From positions 123,692,001 through 123,756,000 of the forward strand of contig CM059431.1 in assembly GCA_030390025.1 (NCBI GenBank): a stretch of DNA of 64,000 bases, given 5' to 3'. Of this stretch, positions 50,587 to 62,152 are shown in pieces. The position numbers and the translations under genes were made by a program. Numbering within the stretch: the stretch's first letter is position 1; each line of letters opens with the position of its first letter. The notes below the pieces were generated by a model. That model ran no database searches and was not told the origin of the DNA. It saw only the letters and a program-made list of their open reading frames with translations. Source of the stretch: Squalus acanthias. Its lineage: Eukaryota.

Positions 50587-51336
50587 GGGGGAAAAATTCA
50601 GCTGCTTGCGCCTCCCGTTAGCGCCTTAAGAGGGCGCTAATGGGGCGTAAAGCAGCTAACGCCCGGGCGCAGCGCCGCCCACGCCTCCCGTAAAATTCAG
50701 CGGGAGGTTAGCGGTGGCGCCAGCCGGTAGCGCCCTGTGGCGCTGCGCCGCCGGCGATGACGTCATCGCCGTGCGCAGCACCCCGCTCGCGCTCCAGCCG
50801 CGATCTTCAGTCGCGCCCCCTGATTTACCGTCAGACACTATGTCCGACGGGTTCAGGGAGGCGTACGTGCGGCCGGGGCGGCGATATTTAAAGGGGAGGT
50901 GGCAGGTGGCCATTTTTGTTGCTGGCCGCCTGCCAGCACCTGCCCCCGTTGCTGTCCCCGGCCCCCGTGAAGCCCCCCCACCGTGAAGTGCCGGCTGCGC
51001 TCCAAGAGCCCGGCACTTCTCTTGAGTGCCGGGCTCTTTTGCCGGCACTCCCGATCCCTGGGGGCCCAGCTGGGCCCCGGTTCGCGCTGCGCAGGGTCCC
51101 TCCCCTTTAAGAAGGGGAGGAAGGCCTGCAATACCGCGGCGCGACGTGCCACAGCGCCTGGATATTCCCTCGCAGCGCCCAAGAGGGATGCGGGGTGCTT
51201 CCAGTGGCGCCCCGCTTCCCTCTTGGGGCGCAACCACTGAAGTTCCGGCGCGGGGCCGCTAATTTTTTCGGGGCGCTAAAAGTAGCGCCCTGGCGAGGTT
51301 AGCGCCCCAAATGGGGCGCGACTCAATTTTCAGCCC
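50587..51336 (-). mobile_element. MITE family M2 copy (750 bp)
   Basis: TIR GGGGGAAAAATT / AATTTTCAGCCC; TSD TTT. Confidence 0.92.
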
Positions 51337-51449
51337 TTTGTCTTTTAGATTTTATCTCTGCCAACATGACATCTATTGCATGTTCTGAGAACCTTAGGGC
51401 CTTGGTCATTGTACACTCTCTAGATGATGTATCTCTCCCCACACCCCCC

Positions 51450-53350
51450 TTCTATTTTTTCTCCCACCTACATCCGCGACTCTTCCGACACCCTCCGCCA
51501 CTTTAACAGTTTCCAGCTTCCTGGCCCCAACCGCCTCCTTTTCACTATGGACGTACAATCCCTCTACACCTCCATCCCCCACCAGGTTTACCTGAGGGCG
51601 CTCCGCTTCTTCCTTGAACAGAGGCCCAACCAGTCCCCATCCACCACCACCCTCCTCCGCCTGGCTGAACTTGTTCTCACATTGAACAACTTCTCCTTTG
51701 ACTCCACTCATTTCCTCCAAATCAAAGGTGTTGCTATGGGTACCCGCATGGGTCCTAGCTATGCCTGCCTTTTTGTGGGATATGTGGAACACTCTTTGTT
51801 CCAGTCCTACTCGGGTCCCCTCCCTCACCTCTTTTTCCAGTACATTGATGACTGTATCGGTGCCGTTTCCTGCTCTCGCCCTGAACTAGAAAATTTCATT
51901 CACTTTGCTTCCAATTTCCACCCTTCCCTCACCTTCACATGGTCCATCTCCGACTCTTCTCTTCCCTTCCTCGTCTTCTCGTCTCCATCTCTGGGGATAG
52001 GTTATTGACTAACATTCACTACAAGCCCACTGACACCCACAGCTACCTGGACTACACTTCCTCCCACCCCGCCTCCTGTAAGGACTCTATTCCATTCTCC
52101 CAGTTTCTCCGTCTCCGCCGCATCTGCTCTAATGATGCCACCTTCCATACCAGTGCTTCCAACATGTCTTCTTTTTTTCCTCAACCGAGGATCCCCCTCT
52201 ACTGTGGTTGACACGGCCCTCAACCGTGTCCGTTCTATTTCCTGCACTTCTGCCCTCACCCCTGACCCTCCCTCCCGGAACCACGATAGAGTTCCCCTTG
52301 TCCTCACCTTTCACCCCACCAGCCTCCACATTCAACGGATCATCCGCCGCCATTTTCGCCACCTCCAGCGTGATCCCACCAGCAAACGCATCTTCCCCTC
52401 ACCTCCCCTTTCAGCATTCCGTAGGGACCGCTCCCTCCGCAACACCCTAGTCCACTCCTCTACCACCCCCAGCACCCCATCCCCTTTGCCTGGCACCTTC
52501 CCGTGCAAGCGCAGGAGATGCAACACATGCCCTTATACCTCCCCCTTTCCCACTGTCCTGGGCCCCAAACACCCCTTCCAGGTGAAACAGCGATTTACTT
52601 GTACTTCTTGCAATTTAGTATACTGTATACGCTGCTCACGATGTGGTCTCCTCTACTCTGGGGAGACCAAATGCAGATTGGGTGACAGCATTGCGGAACA
52701 CCTCCGTTCAGTCTGTAAGGGGGACCCTGAGCTTCCAGTTGCCTGTCACTTTAATTCACCGCTCCATTCCCACTCAGACCTCACCGTCCTCGGCCTCTTG
52801 CATTGTTCCATGGAGGCTCAGCGTAAGCTCGAGGAACAGCACCTCATCTTTCGATTAGGCACCCTACAGCCCTCTGGACTCAACATAGAGTTCAACAATT
52901 TCAGATCATAACCTCGGCTCCTATCACACATATATATTTTTTATCCACACTTTTTGTTTGTGCCTTTTTTTCTTCCCTCCCACATGGCAGCTGTCCTTCG
53001 GTCTGCCAGCGCAATTCACACTTCATCTAGAGCCATCCTTTGTTCCTTAACCTGTCCCATTACCACCTCCTCTTGCCTTGAATATCTCTTAATGCCTCTT
53101 TACTTCTCCTGCCTTCCATCCTATCACTGACCTTCGCTTTTGTTCTTTCATCCCCTCCCCCATTTCCCAGCCCCTAAACCTGCTTTAAAATCTGTTCCCT
53201 TTCCTGCTTTTCTCCAGTTCTGACGAAAGGTCTTCGACCTGAAACGTTAACTCTGTTTCTCTCTCCACGGATGCTGCCTGGCCTGCTGAGTTTTTCCAGC
53301 ATTTTCTGTTGTTATTTCGGATTTCCAGCATCCGCAATATTTTGCGATTG
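51450..53350 (+). mobile_element. Penelope-like element copy 2 (RT + GIY-YIG), 5'-truncated and frameshifted
   Basis: PTYIRDSSD, FTMDVQSLYTSIPH, GVAMGTRMGPSYA, YIDD, LVYCIRC...LYSGET; stop at 52911; collinear and highly similar to 37976-39667. Confidence 0.95.
53216..53252 (+). ncRNA. Minimal hammerhead ribozyme motif in the Penelope terminal repeat
   Basis: AGUU-CUGACGA-AGGUC-UUC-GACCU-GAAA-CGUU-AACU. Confidence 0.8.
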
Positions 53351-53535
53351 TAAAAGATTCTGACAGGTCACATAACTCAGCTGCAACTATTTCTTACCCC
53401 GCTGTCACCTTTTGTCCTAGCTCCCTTACTTTCTCTGGCTCCTACTCTAATATTTCTATGAGATGCTTCCCAAGTTGAGAAGTGGATGACTGGAAAGATT
53501 CCTCTGGGGTCTATGAGGACTGATGAAATGCTTAC

Positions 53536-53634
53536 CTTAATGAACTGATGTCCCTGAAAGACCACTGGTCTTGCATTGCCAAGGTTGTCAGGCTCAGGTC
53601 TAAAGTTCCCTCAGGCGCTATCAGTGGAGCGGGC
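53536..53634 (-). other. Candidate internal exon (99 nt) of an unidentified gene
   Basis: Branch point TACTAAC (53655-53661), acceptor TCTACTTCTTTAAG, donor AG/GTAAGC; open frame PAPLIAPEGTLDLSLTTLAMQDQWSFRDISSL. Confidence 0.45.
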
Positions 53635-53839
53635 CTTAAAGAAGTAGATACATTGTTAGTATTGTGAGAGACAGCAACATCTGTTAACAATTCTTGCAGT
53701 GCATTGTTTACAATGGAATGAAAATCGGACAGATTCTAGAATGAGCAGTTGTTGAAGTTAGATGCCAGGATAGAATTGGTAGGCATGGAGTAAATATAAT
53801 GTCTCTGATCAGTCTGGCTGTTCATAGAATCATAGAATC

Positions 53840-54287
53840 ATAGAAACATAGAAACTAGGAGCAGGAGTAGGCCATTCGGCCCGTCGAGCCTGCTCCACCA
53901 TTCAATACGATCATGGCTGATCATCCAAATCCAGTACCCTGTCCCTGCTTTCTTCACACAGAATCCCCATCGAGCCTGCACCGACACATATCCCACCCTA
54001 TCCCCTTAACCCCACGTATTTAATTCCCCCTAACATATCCCATCCTATCCCCGTAACCCCACATATTTACTCCCCCCCTAACACTAAGGGTCAATTTATC
54101 ATAGCCAAATCAACCTAACCCGCACATTTTTGGACTGTGGGAGGAAACCGGAGCACCCGGAGGAAACCCACGCAGACACAGGGAGAATGTGCAAACTCCA
54201 CACAGACAGTCACCCGAGGCCAGATTCGAACCCGGGTCCCTGGCGCTGTGAGGCACCAGTGCTAACCACTATGCCACCGTGTTGCCC
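53840..54287 (-). mobile_element. HE1-like V-SINE inserted in the CR1 tail microsatellite
   Basis: Closely similar to 48591-49025; host CATAGAAT repeats on the left and TAGAATGGTTACAGC on the right. Confidence 0.9.
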
Positions 54288-54822
54288 CTAGAATGGTTAC
54301 AGCACATAAGGAGGCCATTCGGCCCATCGAGCTAGTGCTGGCTCTCTGCAAGAGCATTTCAGCTAACCCCACTCCCCCGCCCTTTCCCCGTAGCCCTGCA
54401 AATTTTTTCCTTCAGGTACTTATCCAATTCCATTTTGAAATCCATGATTGAATCTGCAACCACTACCCTTTCAGGCAATGCATTCCAGATCCTAACCACT
54501 CGCTGAGTAAAAAAGCTTTTCCTCATGTCGCCTTTGGTTCTTCTGCCAATCACCTTAAATCTGTGTCCTCTGGTTCTCGATTCTTCCGCCAATGGGAACA
54601 GTTTCTCTCTATCTACTCTGTCCAGAAGCCTCATGATTTTGAACATCTCTATCAAATCTCCTCTCAACCTTCTCTGCTCTAAGGAGAACAACCTCAGCTT
54701 CTCCAGTCTTTCCACGTAACTGAAGTCCCTCATCCCTGGAACCATTCTTGAGAATCTTTTCTGCACCCTCTCTAATGCCTTCACATTCTTCCTAAAGAGC
54801 GGTGACCAGAATTGGACAGAAA

Positions 54823-55669
54823 GGGCGCAATCTTGCCAGCCCTGGGGAGGCGGGTATAGAGGCGGGACTGCCGGGAAAATGGCAGAACCTGGGGGCGGGT
54901 GCCGATCCCGCCCCCAACCCACCTCCATGCCATCTTGCCAGGAGGCGGGTAGCCAATCCGCGCCGGGTTCCATCTCCTTGGACGTGGGAAGGGAATTACA
55001 GCCACTTAACTGCCTGTTAACAGGTAGTTAACAGGCAGATAAGAGGATTATCCCCATTTTACCCACACAAGTGCGGGCTTCCCGAAGTCCGCGAACCCCG
55101 CCAGGGCCACCGAGGTGAGCAGTGGATCTGCGGGGGTCAGAGGGGTGCAAAAGTCCACTGTGAAGGTAAGTGATGGGTGCAAGTGTGGAGAGGTGAGTAT
55201 GTGAGGTAAGTGGAAAGTGTTATAAAAAGTTTACTTACCTTTGTTTCTTCCTGCAGGCTTCAAGAGTTGGGGATGCAGAGACTCTCGCAACTCATCGGCA
55301 GAGATGCCAGATGGCTCCTCCATTCTCCGATGCAACAACCATCTAATTTCTGCTAATGAAAGAGGTTTGATGAGTCTTGAAATCAAGAACTCATCAAACA
55401 ACAGAGAATGTCAGTGTTTGACAGCTTCACAGAGCTGTCAAAGAATGACAATTCTTCTGTCCCAAAATTTTTGACAGATGAAACGTCGTACGCTGATGTT
55501 CTCTGTAACTGGTTTTCCCTTAATTGGCCTGCTAAGCCCGCTGGGCGGGATTAAGAAGGTCAATCAAGGGAAAATAGCGTGGGTTGGCCAGAAGTCGATG
55601 GAGACGGGGCTAAAACCCGACAAGTGGGAGTCCCGCCTCCAAAAGCTCCCCATTGGCAAAATCCAGCCC
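54823..55669 (+). mobile_element. MITE family M1 copy inside CR1
   Basis: TIR GGGCGCAATCTTGCCA / TGGCAAAATCCAGCCC; CR1 resumes at 55670. Confidence 0.85.
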
Positions 55670-55739
55670 AATACTTCAGTTGAGGCCGAACCAGTGTTTT
55701 ATAAAGGTTCATCATAACTTTCTTGCTTTTGTACTGTAT

Positions 55740-58654
55740 AGCTGCAAATTTAATGGAGGAGGCGGGATGGTGGCGGGGGAGCTGGTTTTCGGGATCCGGT
55801 CCCGCTCCCAGCTGCAGCTGCTCTGCAAACGTGATCTTCCCTTGATTGGCCTTGTTAAGCCTGCCCTGCGGACTTCCCGGCCAATTAACAGGAAGCGGGT
55901 CTGATGATGTCATTTGATGACACATCATCAACCGGTTTCCTTAAAGGGACCACGTCCACATGGAGTTTGACAGTTGTTCTGTCAGTGTTTGACAGCATTG
56001 AGATACTGCAAACACTGACAAGCTCTGTACAAAGGTGAACTCTTGCACCCAGACTCTCCAATGATTCCCTCCACATGTTTATGGAGGGAATCACAGCACG
56101 CAGGAAGGTTCTCTTCCCTTCCAAGAGCGGAAGAGACCTCCCCAGGACACCAACTTACCTTGCTCCTCCACCCAACCCTCTCTATCTACTTTATCACTTC
56201 CCCATCTCACTAGCCACCCCTCACACTCACATTCATCCTACTGCAAGAATACCAACTAACAACACACAAGAGTAGGCACTTGAGAGGTTTAGCCAATGTC
56301 CATGTGAAGTTTCTGGTAATGTGTTGTCATACAGTGAAATCTCTTTTTCCAAAAGTGCCTCTATTGGACGGATCTGAGCGCACCTTGAGAAGAGTCTTAC
56401 TGAGTTCCAGTGATTGTTCAGTCATAACTTCCCGCCCCCTCCCACTATAGCGATGAGTGTGCATGGAATGGCTTGGACATTAAAGGGATGCTTCACGGTG
56501 CTAGTGTGGGATTGTGTCAACCTGGCGCATCATGTGGCAGCCAAAGTTTACAGTGTCAAGTGAAGAAAATCTGGCCATGGTGATGCCATCGCTGGCCTCC
56601 CGTGCAGCAATGTTGTCAGGGGCTGATGGCCTGTGTCCAGTGCAGCATCAGGTGATGGCGGAAAAGGTTGGTGATATTGATGGTGATGTTGGTGTTGGGG
56701 CTGATCGTGGAAGGATTCGGAGGACCAAGGTCTGATTGTTTCAATGGCACCGATGTTGCTGCAATAGATGGCAGCTGCAGGTGAGATGACAGAAGTGATC
56801 TGTCAATGGTGAGAGAGGTTGTCCCAATGAGATGACACTGGACATACAGTTCGATCTAAAATCTTGTAAGCTAAAGAAATCTCTATATGTATTAAAAATG
56901 CTGTAACCAACATTTTCTGCGCTCTGAAACTGACCATCTGCAACAGGGCATCCTTTACACCACTTCTGCAGCTGTCAGCTTTTCACAAACATCAGAGCAG
57001 ACTCAAAACACACCAGGTTGAGCTGGCGTGTTCCCCAAACAGCTGTAGGGGGTGGTGTGGTAGGGTCAGCTTCACCTCTGACTCAGTGAGCAGTTCGAAT
57101 CGCTCCCACGCCCCTGGTTCTAGACCTTGGACTTATTTGGTGGTCGTGAACAAAGGTGCAGTAGACAATAGGTTTTGATGAAAGAATTTCGATCTTTATT
57201 CAAGAAAGTAAAACACAACACAAATACTTAAGTACACGTGAGGGAAATAACATTAGAAGAATACTTCACCCCTCCCAATCACACTTCACTAGCTAGGTTG
57301 GACTCTGGAGAACCAGGGATAATGCTCACCAAACAAATCCTTGACAGTTGAGAGTTAGGGTTTAGAGTCTTTTGAGTAAAAGCTTTCATAAGGCCCTTGT
57401 TGCCGCGAGGTGTCCGATGGTCACTGAGGCGGTCGCTCTGGTCTCTTCTTGCGTGTCGGCCTACTTCTGGAGCTGTTGGCTTTCTTTGTTGAACTGCTTT
57501 CTGTTTAAACTGTCTTCTTCCGAGTTGTGGAACTGCCTTCTTGCAGAACTGTGGAAACTGTCTTCTGCCTGCTTGTTGAACTTGAACTGTTTTACTGGAG
57601 AACTCCCTTCTTACTGAACTGTCTTCTTTAACTGCCCAACTTGCTTCTCCTGAACTCTGTAATTCCAGCACTGACTTCTGCTGAAAAACAGGCTTTCAAA
57701 GTGAACTGCAGAACTGCCTTCTGTTGAACTTGAACTGTTGTTCCTGGTTTTTTTGAACTTGTAACTCTTGAAAAACTGCTGAACTGCTTGATGGGCCTTC
57801 AATTATACTAAATTGAAGTGGCCTTATCAAAACCAAATCAAATCCCGGTCATTGTAAGACCTCATTAACAGTAACGACTTTACTAGCGTGTTAACTGGTT
57901 TTGTAAATGTGTGAAGTGGTTTCAGGATAGCTCCATCCTGTCGATCTGTTGTTTAATCGGAGTTTGAATTGTCCTCATGTTTTGGGTTTCTTGACTGCGC
58001 CTTGGACTTCGATCGAATATTTGCTTTATGCATGTCTTTAATGGGTTCTGTAAACGGTTTGATGGGGCCTGTTGGTTTGGGTGGGACTGTCTTCTCCTAG
58101 GGTCTATTGTCAAAATGTTAATGCATGCTGGGGCTTTGAGTGAGGTCATTCCGGTTACCCAGACATTGCAATTAACTGCAATACCCAAACTGCTTTTACA
58201 GAGGTCGAACCCAACTTCCTTCGCAGCCTTTTCTCCCTTTACAGGCCCAGACATGTTTTTAAAATGCCAAAACTTGGTTTTTGGTCTTAAATTCCTTAGG
58301 TTAGGCCCAAATGCATTTTTATCACTCTGAGTTAGTTCCAAAGTCCTTTTTCCTTAGGTTTTGGGGATCTGCAAATTTTGGAAACCTTACACAGCGGGTA
58401 ACCCGTGGGGGAGAGCGTAAAATTAGAAGTAAGCCTCAAAATACTCTTAAATTTATTTTAGCAAGCATTTAACAGTCTAAATTGAAACGCCCGCCGTTTG
58501 GTGTCGGGTCAGTTCTCCGCTGACAGACCCGACACCTGGGAGACTCGTGTGGAGGCGGGTTGACAACAGGTTTCCGACCCACTGTCAATCTTTGCTATTT
58601 TGACAGCAGACCCACCTCCAAACCCACCCCCTGAGCGCTATTAAATTCACGGCC
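55740..58654. mobile_element. Deleted Harbinger-type element inside CR1, hosting an LTR
   Basis: Imperfect TIR AGCTGCAAATTT / AAATTCACGGCC; TSD TAT; Myb-like start APRLSNDSLHMFMEGITARRKVLFP near 56045-56120. Confidence 0.75.
57044..58391 (-). mobile_element. Solo LTR, family A copy 2 (1348 bp)
   Basis: TGTAGG...CCTTACA; 4-bp TSD CAGC (57040-57043, 58392-58395); minus-strand AATAAA at 57195-57200. Confidence 0.9.
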
Positions 58655-60312
58655 TATGCCTCTATTTATAAAGCCCAGGATTCTGTATGCATTTTTAACA
58701 GCTTTCTCAACCTGCCCTGCCATGTTCAATGATTTGTGCACATGCACCCCCAGGCCTCTCTGTTCCTTCCCCCCCGCCCCCCTTTAGAATTGTACCCTTT
58801 AGCTTATATTGCCTCTCCTCATTCTTCCTCCCAAAATGTATCACTTTGCACTTTTCTGCGTTAAACTTCATCTGCCACATGTCCGCCCATTCCACCAGCC
58901 TGTCTATGTCCTCTTGAAGTCTATCACTATCCTCCCCACTGTTCACTATACTTCCAAGTTTTGTGTCTTCTGCAAATTTTGAAACTGTGCCCTGTACATC
59001 CAAGCCCAAGTCATTAATATATATCAAGAAATGCCGTGGTCCTAGTACCGACCACAGTATACCGGCCTCCAGCCTGAAAAATAACTGTTCACCACTACTC
59101 CTTGTTTCCTGTCACTTAGCCAATTTTGTATCAATGCTGCCGCTGCCCTTTTTATTACATGGCTTCAACTTTGTGGCAAGTCTATTATGTGGCACTTTAT
59201 CAAATGCCTTTTGGAAGTCAATGTACACCACATCAACTGCATTTGCCCTCATCAACCCTCTCTGTTACCTCATCAAAAAACTCAATCAAGTTAGTTAAAC
59301 ACGATTTGCCTTCGACAAATCTGTCCTGGCTTTCCTTACTTAATCCACACTTGTCCGAGTGACTGTTAACTATGTCACTGATTATCGTTTCTAAAAGTTT
59401 CTCCACTACCGAGGTTAAACTGACTGGCCTGTAATTGCTGGGTTTATCCTTACGTCCTTTTTTGAACAATGGTGTAACATTTGCAATTCTTCAGTCCTCT
59501 GGCACCACCCCCATATCTTAGGAAGATTGGAAGATTATGGCCAGTACCTCCGCAATCTCCACCCTTACGTCCTTCAGCATCCTAGGATGCATCCCATCTG
59601 GTCCTGGTGACTTATCTACTTTTAGTACAGCCAGCCTTTCTAGTCCCTCCTCTTTATCAATTTTTATTCCATCTAGTATCTCAACTACCTCCTCTTTCAC
59701 TATGACTTTGGCAGCATCTTCTTCCTTGGTAAAGACAGATGCAAAGTATTCATTTAGTACCTCAGCCCTGCCCTCTGCCTCCATGTGTAGGTTTCCTTTT
59801 TGGTCCCTAATCAGCCCCACCCCTCCTCTTACTACCCGTTTATTATTTATATGCCTATAGAAAACTTTTGGATTCCAATTAATGTTAGCTGCTGGTCTTT
59901 CTCATACTCTCTGTTTGCCCCTCTTATTTCCTTTTTCACTTCTACTCTGAACTTTCTATATTCATCTTCCTCCATGACATCCCTAGGATTTCCAAAACAT
60001 AAAAGCTCGTTTAGCTGTGAGTGACCACATACATAACTCCTGGAAGAAATAACAGTTGAGTGCATGATCATTGCTATATTTTGAAAACTACATGAAGCTA
60101 AAATGACCTGTGCTCCCCCTTGCCCTGTCCTTGCCAACCTTATCTTGGTAGACCACCTTTTACTTTTCCATCTCCTACAGCCTTTTCTGTTGGTCTGCTT
60201 ATGAACTACAAAGCTTCATCCTCATACACAGGCAAAATATTCATATTCGGTCTTCGTCTTCCACTGCAAAGGGGAAGAATCAGCCCTCATGTCTCATTTT
60301 TAACCAATATTT

Positions 60313-61010
60313 GGGGGGAGAAATTCCCCTCGAGGCCATTTGGGGCAGTTAGTCAAAAAAATTCCAATGTTTGCTCCAAGAGGAAAGTGGAGCACCAAAT
60401 CAAGCGCTCCACTTGTCTCTTGGAGCGCAAGAGGTGGGGAATGACCTGATCCGGGGCGATGTGCTCAGCAGCGCCACTTGTGGCCATGCGTGGCGCTGCC
60501 ACGTTACAGGGGCTCTTCTCTCAATTAAAGGGAAGGGCTCCCTGCTGTGAGCTCTGCATTTTTTTTGGCATCTGCTGGAGCACCTGGTGTGGGAGTGCCG
60601 CACGATCAGCCCGATCGCAGCATTCAGCCTGTGTCCAGTGCTCAGAAATTATTATTTTTTTTAATTCAGTGATTTTTTTTCATGTCAGCCGGCCACCGCG
60701 CCTTCAAATAGCTCCCCACGAGCGGCCGGCCTCCCTGTTCACGACCCCTGCAGCAGTCGGTAACATCGCCCGGCGCTGCTGCGGGGCGTGAGGGGGAATT
60801 TTTCTCCCGAGGCGCTACCGGGGCGTTGCGCCCGGAGATGACATCATGATCTCCAGGCGCAGAAGATCAGAGCGATACCCGGTAGCGCCGCCACTAACCT
60901 CCCGCGGAATTTCACGAGAAGCGTGGTTAGTGCCTCGGTGGTGCGAAAAGCCATTTGTGCCCCGTTAGTGCCTCCCACCGGAGGCGCTAACGAGGGGAAT
61001 TTCGCCCCCC
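60313..61010 (+). mobile_element. GC-rich Harbinger-type MITE related to M2
   Basis: TIR GGGGGGAGAAATTCCCCTCG / CGAGGGGAATTTCGCCCCCC; shares CTAACCTCCCGC.GAATTT with M2. Confidence 0.8.
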
Positions 61011-61864
61011 AGGTGTTTACCTTCATCCCAATGTGAGCCCCAGATGTGACCAGTTGTCACCTAACATTTTATTATGCACTTTTCCCTCAAATTGTATGAC
61101 ATTCTCCTGACACCATACCACACACCTGGAAATAGTGGCAACCTACCTTGTGCTTTCCTTACCTGTTAATTAATTCTTAATGGCACCTTGTCCTAATCCC
61201 AACACTTAACTTATGTTCACTTGGCATCCTTTGTTCTGTTTTTCTCTTTAGTTGTATGCTTTCCTGGCACCTTACCTTGTACTTCTAGGTTGTTGGTTGG
61301 TGTTTCCCTGGAATGTTGGTTTGATACGTATCTGTCACCTTCCTCCTGCTCGCATAGCCTATTACTTCAACAGGATAGGATTGGATTATCTTTTTGTCCT
61401 TCATCAGAAAACTGTCTCCTTTTAACCTTCACTAAGAGATTCCCTTTGTCTCATAATTACAGTGCAGTCTTTCTGTTGTAGAAGCTACTGTCAATCAGTA
61501 AGAGTGTCAAGTTGAAGGACAACAAGGGAACAATTTGGTGTTAATCAAAGTAAGTGCACTGAATCAACCAGTATAAACATTACAGGCACAATCTGCAAAG
61601 AGCTGGAAGGAATATATAGACTATTATTTGATTCAGCTGGCAAACTCTATAATGCAAGGGTTTGGAAAACTTGTGACATGCTGTTATTGAGTAATCTCTA
61701 GCAATGAACCATAAACCTTCCATACATTATTTTTTGCACTGTATTGGTACCAAACATAGTCAGCTACTTCTAAGACATTAGTGACAATTTTTAGCATTTT
61801 GAAATAGTTTATGGAATTCCTTGATGTCCCACCTCTTTTCAGCCTGCCTACTGTCAGACTCAAA

Positions 61865-62152
61865 GGGTTGTATTTTCTCAGCCCCGAGGAGGCGGGCAAG
61901 GAGGTGGGACTGCCGGTAAAGTAGCAGAAAGTGGGGGCGGATGGCAAAGCCGCCCCCATCCCGCCTCCGTGCCCTTTTGCCAGGAGGCAGGAAGATGTGC
62001 TGCTTTGGGTCCCGTCTCCTGGAGGCGGGAAAGGCTTTAAATCCTTTTAACTGCCTGTTAACAGGTAGTTAGTTAACAGACAGGAAAAAGGATTAGTGCC
62101 ATTTTGCCTTCTCAGGTGAAGGCTTCCCAACCTCGGAGAACCCCGACGGGTT
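61865..62152 (+). mobile_element. MITE family M1 left part, interrupted by an LTR
   Basis: Collinear with 54823-55100, including TTAACTGCCTGTTAACAGGTAGTTA. Confidence 0.75.

Larger units (their letters stand above)
53823..59965 (-). mobile_element. CR1 LINE broken into pieces (54288-54822, 55670-55739, 58655-59965) by nested insertions
   Basis: KSPGPDGMHPRMLK, NYRPVSLTS, KFAEDTK, LYKTLVRPQLKY, QFWSP...RRLRGDLIE; CATAGAAT tail at 53823. Confidence 0.9.

Noticed and set aside
50656..51237. Long overlapping ORFs (up to 193 aa) in GC-rich blocks
   Set aside because: Stop-codon scarcity inside M2 MITEs; frames are not preserved between copies.
1075..58391. A single provirus bounded by the two family-A LTRs
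   Set aside because: Each LTR has its own distinct TSD, the bodies differ, and no gag/pol lies between.
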